A stretch of 62,297 nucleotides of DNA, the filler included. It is 11 parts of 11 records of this genome, joined end to end, with 100 filler letters (N's around TTAATTAATTAA, not from the genome) between each part and the next. Parts side by side here need not be neighbours in the genome. Positions count along the whole stretch, not along the records: positions 22,004 to 28,076 come from SRR7504441_4722; positions 28,177 to 34,902 come from SRR7504441_4727; 9 more parts are not named here. One strand, given 5' to 3'. Each line of letters starts with the position of its first letter. The stretch's first letter is position 1. Under the pieces are notes generated by a model. It was not told where the DNA came from, ran no database searches, and saw only the letters and a program-made list of their open reading frames with translations. The position numbers were made by a program, and so were the translations under genes. Of this stretch, positions 24,486 to 35,002 are shown piece after piece.

Positions 24486-24678
24486 TTGCACCCGAGAGAA
24501 GCCTTCTATGCTGAACTGACTTGATTTTAAAATGGATCACATTGTGCAATAAATCAATTCGCTTTACCATCATGTGCGCCGCGTACCTATATTAAGCACG
24601 GCGCACCAAGTTCTAAGCTATTCGAACACACAAAGTCATTATACAATCAATGTACAGTACCACTTCCAAAGAGCGGGC

Positions 24679-25248
24679 TCACTTGGTGTCCAGGCTGGAC
24701 AGGTCAGTCCGCAGCTGCTGGGCCTTGCTCTCTAGATCGGCCAGGTTTAGGTCCAGGCTTTCGGTCGGATTCAACCGGTGCTGTGCCATCTCCTCCTGAA
24801 TAGCCGATATCGCCTGCTCCAGCTGCTCCCCTGCCAGCAGATTGCTTTTCTCGAATTGAGCAAGCGCCTCGGCCGCCTTGAACTTGACGAACTCCTCCGG
24901 GTCGATCACCCCATCCTTGTTCAGGTCCCATTCATCAAAAACTCGATCGTCGCCGAACCGGGCGATCCACTCGTCTCGCTGGATCTGCCCGTCATTGTTG
25001 GTGTCAATCAGCTCGAATTGGACGGCCGCCAGGCTCGACCGCAGCTCGCCGGCCTGAGCCTCCAGGTCCAAAATGTCGTCCGGGTCGCCTGTTGACCCGG
25101 CGAACCTAGCCCGGGCGATCTCCTCCTGCACCGCCGCCAGGGCGCTGTTGAGCTGGTCGGTTGCGAGGGAGCCGGCCGACCGAGTGGAAGGCCGGGTCCA
25201 TCGGCGGGCGAGCGGCGCGGCAGCCCGGGTGAGAGAGCGAGACCACAT
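24679..25248 (-). CDS. EF-hand protein with probable mitochondrial presequence
   Basis: DTNNDGQIQRDE and DLNKDGVIDPEE loops; R/S/T-rich N-terminus. Confidence 0.85.
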   Translation of the reverse strand: MWSRSLTRAAAPLARRWTRPSTRSAGSLATDQLNSALAAVQEEIARARFAGSTGDPDDILDLEAQAGELRSSLAAVQFELIDTNNDGQIQRDEWIARFGDDRVFDEWDLNKDGVIDPEEFVKFKAAEALAQFEKSNLLAGEQLEQAISAIQEEMAQHRLNPTESLDLNLADLESKAQQLRTDLSSLDTK

Positions 25249-25372
25249 GAAGAACGCCGCTTGGGGTGCAAACAGGCGCAGACCTCAAGCAGACCTCAAG
25301 CAGACCTGTCTCGAGAGTTGACCAAGACTGCGGTGCCGTTCGGTTGCTGCGACAACGGACAAATTTGTGGCG

Positions 25373-25861
25373 ATGGCCAGGCTGTTCTTCAGGGTCCAGC
25401 TGTGCGCCGGCCGGCCCTCCGCGCGGGCCCACCGCCGGGGCTGCAGGAGCACGGACGAGCCGATGCCACTTGACCCGCGCCAGCTCAAGACCGCCATCCT
25501 GGCCTCGCTCAAAGGCTGCTTCGGCACCTGCGGCACCTCGCTGCCGGTGCGTGACTGGCCTGGCCGTGCACAGCCGGCCGGCCAGGTTGATATCATCGCA
25601 GTTGACTTCGAGGCCCGACGGGTGGTGATCGCCACCACCGAGGAGTGCGCCGCCCCCTCTGCCCCGCTCAAGAAGTGCCGGCAGGGCCGCAGTGCGCGTG
25701 CGCGTTGGGCTGACGCTCGTGACTGAGATCGAAGGGCGCCAGGCTCGGCTGGCCGTGACGAAGGTGAGTAATCCGGCTGCTTCAAGGAGGCGGCGGGACA
25801 GGACTCCGGGTTTCTGATGCCGGTGACGGTGGACGGTCGCGAGTTTATTCGAAATCTTTGA
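25373..25861 (+). CDS. RPP14: RNase P/MRP subunit of the Rpp14/Pop5 family, 4 mini-introns
   Basis: Spliced: MARLFFRVQLSTDEPMPLDPRQLKTAILASLKGCFGTCGTSLPVDIIAVDFEARRVVIATTEEAAVRVRVGLTLVTEIEGRQARLAVTKDSGFLMPV.. Confidence 0.75.
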
Positions 25862-26412
25862 TATTCTGCGGGCACCAAACCAGCCCAGGTGCCGGAGGCA
25901 CAAGATGCCGCTTGGGTGCTCCGCTGTTTCAGTTGGAGCGGTCGGTCATTGGCTTGCCGAACTTCGATTCAGAAGGATTCAGGAAGGACGAGCTTTCTCA
26001 GCCGAGTTGCAGGAGGCGAGGGCACCCAGCCTCCGTTTCAGCGGTGTGCTCCGAGCAACCCCCGTGGACCCGACCGCACGCGACGCTCATGTATGGACCC
26101 ACAGCGATTCTACAACCGACGAGCGTACGATCAATCGGCGGTGGAGACGCGTACACACGTCATGCATGAAAACGATGTCATGATGCATCAAGCTCGGATG
26201 ACGAGACACCTCAATGACATCATACTCGTGAGATCGCATGAATACGCAGTACTTATCAATAAAGCTGTTTACAAAAACAACGTTCAGCAATATCTCTTTT
26301 GGATGACCTGGTATTGGTGTCATTTTTTTTAACAAGTAAGGTTGATCATCACGCGGTTGCTCTTTGTTAGCTCTTTGTTACGATGTGGTGAGTTGGAGGT
26401 TCTACTTCTTTG

Positions 26413-26830
26413 CTACTTCCCAAGCTTCAACATCTCAAAGACAGTAAGTGCCATGTCTGCACACCGATCACTAGGGCCAGGCACGAACATAAAATGAAAA
26501 TGCGCACCTTCCACTGAGTCCTTGCCCTCCATCCAGGGATGTTGTAGGGCCTCCTGTTGCCACACGCATCAGGTTCACGGCCCAGCAAAGTGCGAGACTG
26601 CGGCACCTTGGCTGTATATCTTACTAGGGGATCCACACATAGCAGTCTTGTGATGAGGTCACGGACCGACTCAGCCCGGCTGGCCCACATCTCCTCCGGT
26701 TTGAATGAAAATTCGCCTGGCCCATTGTTGCAGCAGTGCGGTGTGAGTATCTCACCGGCAATGGTGATTGCAGCCAACGGATCCGATCACCGAACAACTT
26801 CGGTTGAGCTCGGAGGTGTGGCCAGAGCTC
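26413..26830 (-). pseudogene. C-terminal fragment of a CAMK-type Ser/Thr kinase
   Basis: QPKLF.., GEFSFKPEEMWASRAESVRDLITRLLCVDPLVRYTAK|..LQHPW (subdomains X-XI) with intact-looking introns, but no N-lobe or catalytic loop upstream. Confidence 0.6.
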
Positions 26831-27041
26831 CACCAGCGGTGTCTAGACTAGCACCCGGGCGTTCGAATCATCGCAGCATTAATGACTGAGGTGCATGCGT
26901 ACTGTCCCCACATGTATGGCGGGCGCGGTAGGGCGCGGACCAGTGAGATAACTGATTAGTGTAACACGTTGACGATGGTGGAGTAATCTTAATTCAATGC
27001 ACATTGGATGACTTTTACGATTAAATCAAGTTTAACCTCAC

Positions 27042-28076
27042 TCACAATGATTCAAAATGGTGGGACATGAGAGTGCCATCAAGTGACCCCGAAACCAGCC
27101 TATCTTTCAGGAGAATACAAGCAGTGACCTGCGCCTGGTGTCTGAACACCGGGACGGAACTGGCAGACAGCACAGGGCTCGACTGATCGGTGCAACCGGG
27201 CTCGATCGCGCACATCCGGACCGTCTTGTCGTTGGAGCCCGAGATTATAAAATTCTCCCGAGCTGCTCCACTGCATACGGTCCTGGAGCCCCAAGCTTAG
27301 GCTAGTTAATCGAGGATATTACCTCACGCCGGACTTGTGGTGGGTCAGCACCTGCACGCACTGCGCAGTGGCCGGCGGCATGACAGCCGGGCCTGATCGA
27401 TGACCCAGATCCCAGACTCTCACCACGCCGTCCTTGCCTCCAGTCACAATCCTGCTGCCACGCCTGTGCACGCAGAGCACTGCTGACTGATGGTTGCAGC
27501 GATACAGCGGATTCCCCGGGCTCCTCACATCGAGGATCTGGCCGAACCGTTGGCAGCCGACCGCAATCTGCTCCTCATTGGCTGCGCAGCAGTCGCCATA
27601 CTGCCAGGCCCCTATTTGGACGCTGTAGCAGCACTTTTCGTCCCCCTTTTGCAGCGCCACTCCGCAGCTCGCCGGGCCTCTCAGATCCCACAAACGAACC
27701 CTCCCGTCCAGCCCTGCCGTCACCACCCGCCCGCTCCCCGCCACGTCCATCCCCAGGAGCCGTTTGTCCTGTACGTGCCAGCCAGCGGCCTGACAGCACC
27801 TCTCAAAGTCCCACATCCTCAGCCAGCCGTCCCACCCGGAACTCACCCCGGTCCGCTCGTCGCACCAGCCGACCCCGGACACCACGTCCCCGTGCATCCC
27901 CAGCGCCACGTGCTCTCCAGGCGCCGCCGCCAGCCACAGCCGCACTTGACCGTCGTGGAAACCGCCGGTGAGCACCCCCAGCGGGTGAGCCCCCGCACAG
28001 TTGACGCCGCCCTCCCCCAGGGTGGGGCCTAGCTGCTCTGACCGCCACTCACGCACCGTCGCCCGCTGCGCCAGTG
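27042..28076 (-). CDS. WD40-repeat protein, 5' partial
   Basis: TGGFHDGQVRLW, SSGWDGWLRMWD, TAGLDGRVRLWD, TGGKDGVVRVWD, then after an intron SGSNDKTVRM and SGSLDG. Confidence 0.9.
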
Positions 28077-28176
28077 NNNNNNNNNNNNNNNNNNNNNNNN
28101 NNNNNNNNNNNNNNNNNNNNTTAATTAATTAANNNNNNNNNNNNNNNNNNNNNNNNNNNNNNNNNNNNNNNNNNNN

Positions 28177-28360
28177 CATTCCTCACAGCTGTGAGCCAAC
28201 ATGGGCAACATTGGGCAAAGATACTTCGTGAATGTAATTTCAATGACCAGCGCACTGCAGGAGACCTCAAGGTTCCAGCCTGGGCGGCCACAGTGCTTAT
28301 GAGTGGCAGGACAAGTGGAGGAATATGAACAAGCGGAAAGCGGACGACCTCTTGGATTAG
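28177..28360 (+). CDS. C-terminal telobox-type Myb domain (TRF-like telomere-repeat-binding protein), 5' partial
   Basis: FLTAVSQHGQHWAKILRECNFNDQRTAGDLK|DKWRNM after removing the 38-nt intron 28272-28309; not in the ORF track. Confidence 0.8.
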
Positions 28361-28584
28361 ACGTGCTCTGATGGTACTCCGGTGGCTGGCATACAATGAA
28401 TTTTTATCCGGCAATCATGGCCCGCTACATGATTGTAGTATTGTGTGCTCACGCTAGCTTTATAGTTTATAATTATGAGTTAGCCAGCATGTTTACTAAG
28501 CCAGCGTCTAATTATTGTACGAGTACTTGTAATTATTGATCGATAAGTCAACATTGTCGACTGTTGGATCACGAGCTGCTGCAT

Positions 28585-29516
28585 TCATGCCAAAGCGGTG
28601 TGATCCTTTTTCAAAGGATCAGTCTCATGGACGGCCTCCTCCTCGTCAACATCAGGCTTTGGATTAGGTTCAGTCCCCGCTTGAGGGTCATTGTTTTCAT
28701 AGGGCAGCGAAACCTCCGACTTTTCTGGCTTGCTTCCATCGAACACGTTAGGCAATTGGACATCTGGTACGCCACTTATTTTGAAATAATAGTAGAAGAA
28801 GCCCACTAGGAGAAAGCCAAACACAACAATGACGAGAACGCAAAGTTCTCTCAGCGGAGAGGACATGAACCCACAACAGAGAGCAAAGATGTATGCGTTG
28901 ATATGCAATATTGGGATACAGACGCGCAGTGTCACATCAATTACCAGTGATCGCTCTGGGTCCTCATCTTTGACATGGCGGAAGTGCGAAGCGACGTGGG
29001 CAGCAACCATGAATATGAGCAGGCCAAAGTTGTACAGGAAGAAATACTCAACCAAGCTCAAGTCTCCATCGGCAGGGAGAGATCTTGTGAGTGTATTCAA
29101 GATGGCAACAGCTGTGAGGAATGCAATGACAACAAGAGTTGCACGTGGCGTCAGCACGTTGATGTGTATGTAGAACGTCAGGTAGGCGACTACGGTGACC
29201 GGTCTGCCCGAAGTCTGCAGCTCCCTGGCAGGCACCGGCCAGTGAGCTGCCGCAAGCCGGTCGGCGGGACTCACCGGCAGACAGGCGGGATCTTGGTCAT
29301 GTACCAATCGAATCCGTCAGCCAGGCTGGGGAATCCGCACAGTTGCAGGCTTGAGTTGGTCGGCTTGGGGAAATTAGGTCGCTTGCTGGCCGATTCGCCC
29401 AGACCAACAGGCTGTCCGGTGTCTGTGGCATCCAGCTGTGCTGTGCCGGACTGCGGGGTCAGGCCCACGGACAGCGTCGCCACTGCCGCGAGCCCCCAAA
29501 CGAGCAGACGCCGCAT
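28585..29516 (-). CDS. Cys-loop (pentameric) ligand-gated ion channel-like protein lacking most of the extracellular domain
   Basis: Signal peptide; M1 end AYLTFYI, M2 PRATLVVIAFLT, M2-M3 loop SLP..LSLVEYF, M4 IDVTLRVCIP; one 50-nt intron. Confidence 0.7.
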
Positions 29517-29648
29517 CGCGCCGCCCCCAGAGATGCCTCAAGATGCAATCACACTGACAGAATAACGGACAGATTACAGCAGCCTCAAGGGGAGGGGCGC
29601 TGCCCGACTCACAGCTCGTCCTGGGAGCTGCCAACTGTTAGATCGATC

Positions 29649-32222
29649 ATGATGAGGAAGCCGGCCGGAATGCACCGAATGCTGGGCCTGCTCTGCCTGC
29701 TCTGCCCCGCAGCAGGGGTTCTCGAGCTGTTTGTAAGCCCCGATGGCAGCGACCGCAACAGTGGCGGCACGCCCCAGGAGCCGCTGGCCACCTGTGCAGG
29801 AGCCATCGCCCGACTGGAGGCGGGCGGTGCGCTTGCCGGCGGCGCAACCGTGCGCTTCGCCGCTGGGGTCTACCCGCTCAATGCGAGCACCACCTGTGGC
29901 GACGTCTCCCTGCACGGCACCGCCGCCGGGCCCGTCGTACTGGCGGGCGACCCGGCGGGGGGCACCCTCTTCGACGGCACGCTGCGGCTGGACGCCGGGC
30001 GGCTGGCTCCCGTGAGCAATGCAACCGTCGAGCGGTTGATCAACCCGGCTGCCCGGGGCAGGATGCTGGCCATGCCGCTGGCGAGCGCTCCGGGGATGCT
30101 GGAATGGAACAGGGTGCCGCTCACGGCTAGCGTCTGGCCCAACCCGGGCAAGGGCGCGGGGCTGGGATACGTGAGAAAGGTGATCGATCCCGGGGCCGAG
30201 TGGTCTCCAGACTCGCACACCGGCCCCAAGCCGGTCGGGAACCGCTCACACCCAATCGGTGCCAACTTTTCGGTGGCGGAGCAGCCCACCGGAGACTGGG
30301 CGGCGGAGATGTCTGCAGGTGGTGGGTTTGGCGAGGCTGTGTTCGTCTCAGGGTACTTTAGTGCGGACTGGTTCCACGAAGTGCACCAGGTTGCGGCGGT
30401 GGTGCAGAATGCGACCAATACGACCGTCAAGATAGTCGATTCGTCATGGTACGGCTTCCTGGAGGCCATTGAGGGTGGGCATTCAGCGGGGATCTATGGC
30501 AACACGCCTCCAGGGCGTTTCACAGTGAGTGGGTTGCTCTCAAATGTGGACACGCCCGGAGAATTCTGGTATGACGCTGCAGCGGCGGTTCTGTATGTGT
30601 ATCCTCCGGCGGAGGCAGAGCAGGGGGAGGTTCGGCTTGGCACATGGCATTCTGCGGGCTTGATTAACTTGAAAAACTCGACTTGGGTGACAGTGAGGGA
30701 TCTGACGGTTGCCGGCACAGGGACTGGAACAATGGCTAGCATCACAGGGGGAGAGCACAATACGATCGGAGGATGCACTTTCAAGAACAGCGCGGGCAGC
30801 GCAATCGCGGTTGCGGGCGGATACTACAATAGATTAGTTGGGAACGATATATTCGACGTGCAAGGTGCTCATTTGACGTCGACCGGAAATCAGCAAGATA
30901 ATTTGGAGAACATGCGACCAACCAACAACTTGATTGCCAACAACCACCTGACCAATGTTTTCCTTGCACCAGCTTCCTGGCAAATAGCGCTCCAGGGCAT
31001 CGGAACTCGATTTTCGCACAACCTTCTTCACGACTCAGGCTCTCAGGTTTTCATGCTTGGAGGTCCGTTACAGATGCTCGACCGAAACGAGTTTTTTAAC
31101 ACAGGATATGTAGAGGGCGATGGCGGAGTTACCTATATCTCAGCTTCGCTTGTAGATGGCTATGGCATGCAAGTCAGGGAGAACTTCTTGCACCATTCGC
31201 TCGAAATACCTGGAATGCACGGTCGGCAGGGCATGCTGTTTGATGATCATTTTGGCGGCCTTACGAACTGCTCGGGCAACGTGCTGTTCAAGGCAGCTGG
31301 CGGTGGGATTCTCGGCAATGGCGGTGCAAACCACAACATCACTCACAATCTGTTGGTCAACGTCGCTACTGGCATCGGCAACATCGCTGATATAGTGGGC
31401 GCAGAGGATGTGAAGAATCTCCCGCTATACGACAACGGTACAATGGTTCGAGGTTCAAAGGGAGACTACATTTACAACACAGAGAAGGCGCTCGGTGTCT
31501 CACAGTTCCAAGAGATCCTCTCCTCGGGGTTTGCTCAGCGGTGGCCGTCGTTTCGCCAGCAGCTGAGTGTAAACTCGACAAGCCGTGGTTGGGCTTCGCC
31601 AGCCGGCTGGAATGTATCTTACAACGTGTTTCTAAACAACTCCAACAACATCTGCCTCGACGTGTATTATGCTCTTTATCCCAATATCTCAAACACCACT
31701 AGATCCCTGTGCGACGAGCAGCTGGCTGACTGGACTAAGCTTACCGGCGAGCCCTTTATGGACCAAACCGGCGTAACCGAAGCAGAGTGGAGCGATTTCC
31801 CAGGCGCTGTAGGCACCGGGCTCGAGTTTGTGAACGAGACGCTGGGATTTGACACCACTACCATGGGACTGTACTGTGACGACTTTCGGCGTTCGCTCCC
31901 GGACCCCTCGAGATACCGACCCTGGGTCAGAGCTGCCTTCGAGGGGATATCTAGCCATGCGGACCCAGCAGAAAGGTACACGCCCGAGGCTGCGGCTGCC
32001 CGAGCTGGGCTTCGAAGTGGCATGGCACTTGTACTCAACTTCACGATGCCTTGTCCGGCTGTCCAAAAGACGGACTGTGAGGCAATTTGGGTGGCCTGGG
32101 GCGAGTGTGAGGCGGATGGGCATCGGTGGATGCGGTACACTGTGGACCAGCAGCCTAGAGCAGGTGGCGCGGCATGCCCGTTTACGGATGGTTTCGCGCA
32201 AAAGTTTCCTTGCCGCAAGTAG
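29649..32222 (+). CDS. Secreted right-handed beta-helix carbohydrate-active protein with C-terminal TSP1/spondin-like module, intronless
   Basis: LFVSPDGSDRNSG, VDTPGEFWYD..LYVYPP, N-rich beta-helix repeats, DCEAIWVAWGEC..QQPRAGGAACP. Confidence 0.85.
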   Translation: MMRKPAGMHRMLGLLCLLCPAAGVLELFVSPDGSDRNSGGTPQEPLATCAGAIARLEAGGALAGGATVRFAAGVYPLNASTTCGDVSLHGTAAGPVVLAGDPAGGTLFDGTLRLDAGRLAPVSNATVERLINPAARGRMLAMPLASAPGMLEWNRVPLTASVWPNPGKGAGLGYVRKVIDPGAEWSPDSHTGPKPVGNRSHPIGANFSVAEQPTGDWAAEMSAGGGFGEAVFVSGYFSADWFHEVHQVAAVVQNATNTTVKIVDSSWYGFLEAIEGGHSAGIYGNTPPGRFTVSGLLSNVDTPGEFWYDAAAAVLYVYPPAEAEQGEVRLGTWHSAGLINLKNSTWVTVRDLTVAGTGTGTMASITGGEHNTIGGCTFKNSAGSAIAVAGGYYNRLVGNDIFDVQGAHLTSTGNQQDNLENMRPTNNLIANNHLTNVFLAPASWQIALQGIGTRFSHNLLHDSGSQVFMLGGPLQMLDRNEFFNTGYVEGDGGVTYISASLVDGYGMQVRENFLHHSLEIPGMHGRQGMLFDDHFGGLTNCSGNVLFKAAGGGILGNGGANHNITHNLLVNVATGIGNIADIVGAEDVKNLPLYDNGTMVRGSKGDYIYNTEKALGVSQFQEILSSGFAQRWPSFRQQLSVNSTSRGWASPAGWNVSYNVFLNNSNNICLDVYYALYPNISNTTRSLCDEQLADWTKLTGEPFMDQTGVTEAEWSDFPGAVGTGLEFVNETLGFDTTTMGLYCDDFRRSLPDPSRYRPWVRAAFEGISSHADPAERYTPEAAAARAGLRSGMALVLNFTMPCPAVQKTDCEAIWVAWGECEADGHRWMRYTVDQQPRAGGAACPFTDGFAQKFPCRK

Positions 32223-32502
32223 CTCCAATATGCATTAAATATGCATGGAAACCCTTTGATTATTAAGATCACGTTTAATCACGTTGTACCTACCTGTTGT
32301 ACGAGTACTTGTACATGTACTCGTGACAAAACTTTGACTCAGAGTACTCGTACTTACTAAGCCTTGAACATTGCAGTCATGTACTTGTACATAATACTCC
32401 GCCAGCAGCCTTAAACCAGTCGTGTTCACAACACCATTAGTCGCCATAGTTGCGCCAACGCCAGCCTAAGGGCTTATGCGAACGCGGAGCATGTCTGAGA
32501 CA

Positions 32503-34902
32503 CTAAGTGCATCTCAACTTGGCCTGTTTCCAGAACCGCGCAGCTGAAATAAACTGGGCTGGGACTGCAGCCTTGAAGTAGCCCAGTTCAACAATTTCTC
32601 CCACCGAGCCCTCAACTGTCACCACAAGCTCTCCGGGCTCTTCCCTGAAGGCTTTGATCCTGTTCCTGGAGATGGGAACCATCTTGCTTGTCTCGCCCAT
32701 CAGGACGAGGCCATTTGACAGCACTGGAGCCACGATCCAATGCGTTACATGGCACTCGCCAGTCGCATTCTCAAAGGTCAACGGATGGGTAGCGTCGAAT
32801 GCAGGAACAATCAGGCTAGGCCGGTGGGCCGGCCCGAAATCGTACCGATATGCTGCCTGCCCAGCTGTCGACGCAGGCATCGATAAGTCCGCAGGAGTTA
32901 GCTGCAGTGGCTCTGAGAGGTCAACTGCTGTGACGTAGCCCCACTGGGCAGCTCCAATGGTGGCCAGCGAGGAATAGAGGGTACTCGCCCCATCGCCTGT
33001 GATGTGTCTCCATAGGTGCGGCTCCATCGCCGTAATCGGTTGATCTGGCTTCAGGACCTGACGAAAACCAAGTCAAGAGGGCCCTCCAGCACTGGGCACT
33101 CACCAGCCCGTCTTCCCTCACCAGCTGTTTCACCAAGCTTACATTTGCCATTCCAACTCCATCCGAGATGGTCACAGGCGCGGTAGATAGTGTGGCCATG
33201 AGCGCATGCAAGCTGGGACAGCCTTCTTTTGCCTTGTAGATGTTGATGGATGGGTTGAGCACCTGCTCTGACGAGTTAGAATAGAATGTGTCTTTATACG
33301 GCCGCAGCCCAATAGCCCAGTGCCAGATGGAGTCTTCGCCTATCTGCCACTGACCGTTGGTGGGCGTGCCATGCCCGACAATGTAGTCCGAACTGGCCCG
33401 AGTCGAGTCTGCTGCCTCCTGAGTGACGCTGTTCAGCAGTACAGGAGCCCAAGCCATGCTGCCACACCCACTATCAGTACAGCCCTAGAGCGGCTCACCA
33501 ATACATGATCGTAATGCCATGCCGCGCAGCTGCTTGGCCCATACCATCGAACCAGTTAGCCCATGCCTCGATCTTGTCCGGGAAGAAGGCATTCTCATTA
33601 ATGTGATCCTGCTTGATGCTTCGGAGCCCCCACTGCTTATTGCGTTCAAACAGCCGGTCCCACAACGCAGGGCCCTGCGGAATCTCACAATGGCCACCTC
33701 CAGATTTCATCCAGCCTGGCTCGTAATAATAGTCCAATGTACTATTGCAATACGGTGTTTGAGGATTCCAGTGTCCGTTATGAGCTTGAAACCCAGTTAA
33801 ACCAGTTCGATTGGCAAACCACTTGAGCCCGTGTGGGAAACGGGGAGGCTTGCCCTTCCATGACTTGGCTAGGATCATCGGGTCGTCCTCCCACAGGAGC
33901 GCACCACTGAAGAGATCTTCCCCATACCAGTAGGAATCTATCAGCATCCAGCGAGACGGCACGCCACGGGCACGCAGGTCGTCCTGGACGAGTACAAGCG
34001 TGTCTTCCCAGGTCTCGCAGTTCTTCAGGTGCCCGCCGTCACACTCGTTGTGGTGATAGAACGCAGTGGTCGAGTAGCCGAGGTAGTTGGCCTTCAGGTC
34101 GGTCAGATCTGCTGGGCTCTGGTCAACTGAAGGCCGACGTTTGCCGTGCCGGCGGAGCAACACATCGCCCCAGGCGGTGATGCCCTGATTGAACCCACCG
34201 GACGGTTTGCCGAAGCTGCTGGTGGCGTCGTCAGCGCGAGAGTATACCAGCACAGCTTCGCTGGAGAAGCCGCTCGGGAGAGAGCTGAACTTGCCCGAGA
34301 TGCCCAGGGCGAGCGCAGCGTACCCTGACGCATTGACAGGGTCCATCCCGCCGCCAAGGAAGTTGGTCAGCTGCGACATGACCACCGTCTGTGGACGGCT
34401 CGTGTGTGTGGCCGGATCCACCACAGCCACTGCACCTCCGGCTATCCCGCCCTGCAGCCCCTCCGGGAACTCGGACCCGAATCCTGTCATCATTCCGGCG
34501 CTCGAGCCCCTGTACTGCATGTAGCCCAGCCCGCCGCTCCTGTCAGCCGCCGCGATCACCGGCCAAGCGCTGCTCACTTGGGCCGAAGTTGACATGTTGC
34601 AACCTCCGGGCCATTCCTGAGCGAACACCAGCACTGCCCCCCCAGTTGCATTGTACGCCCGGACCGAGGTGCGGTAACGGCAGCTGGCGGTCCACTGGAG
34701 GTTGATCGCGGTGTACGTTCCGAGCTCGTCCACGCCTTCGGTGCGCTCGGCCGTCCCGGCCGGTTTGGCCGGCCCGAAGGTGTAGCCGTGGCCCTGGAAC
34801 CAGGGCTCGCCGGCAAGCGCCACGGTGAAGGCGCTGGTGTCGGGTTCGAGCGAGAAGAGCAGCCTGTCGGCCGCCAGGGTGAGCGTCGAGCCGGCCGCGC
34901 AG
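32503..34902 (-). CDS. Putative glycoside hydrolase (clan GH-D-like TIM barrel), 2 introns, 5' partial
   Basis: WMLIDSYWY, IKQD, ITIMY|CM, RASSDY, LSTAPVTISDG; ORFs 33495, 32921 and 32503 join. Confidence 0.65.
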
Positions 34903-35002
34903 NNNNNNNNNNNNNNNNNNNNNNNNNNNNNNNNNNNNNNNNNNNNTTAATTAATTAANNNNNNNNNNNNNNNNNNNNNNNNNNNNNNNNNNNNNNNNNN
35001 NN

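Noticed and set aside
25862-26335. Separate gene downstream of RPP14
   Set aside because: Short ORFs on both strands with no motif or convincing splice model; cannot be supported
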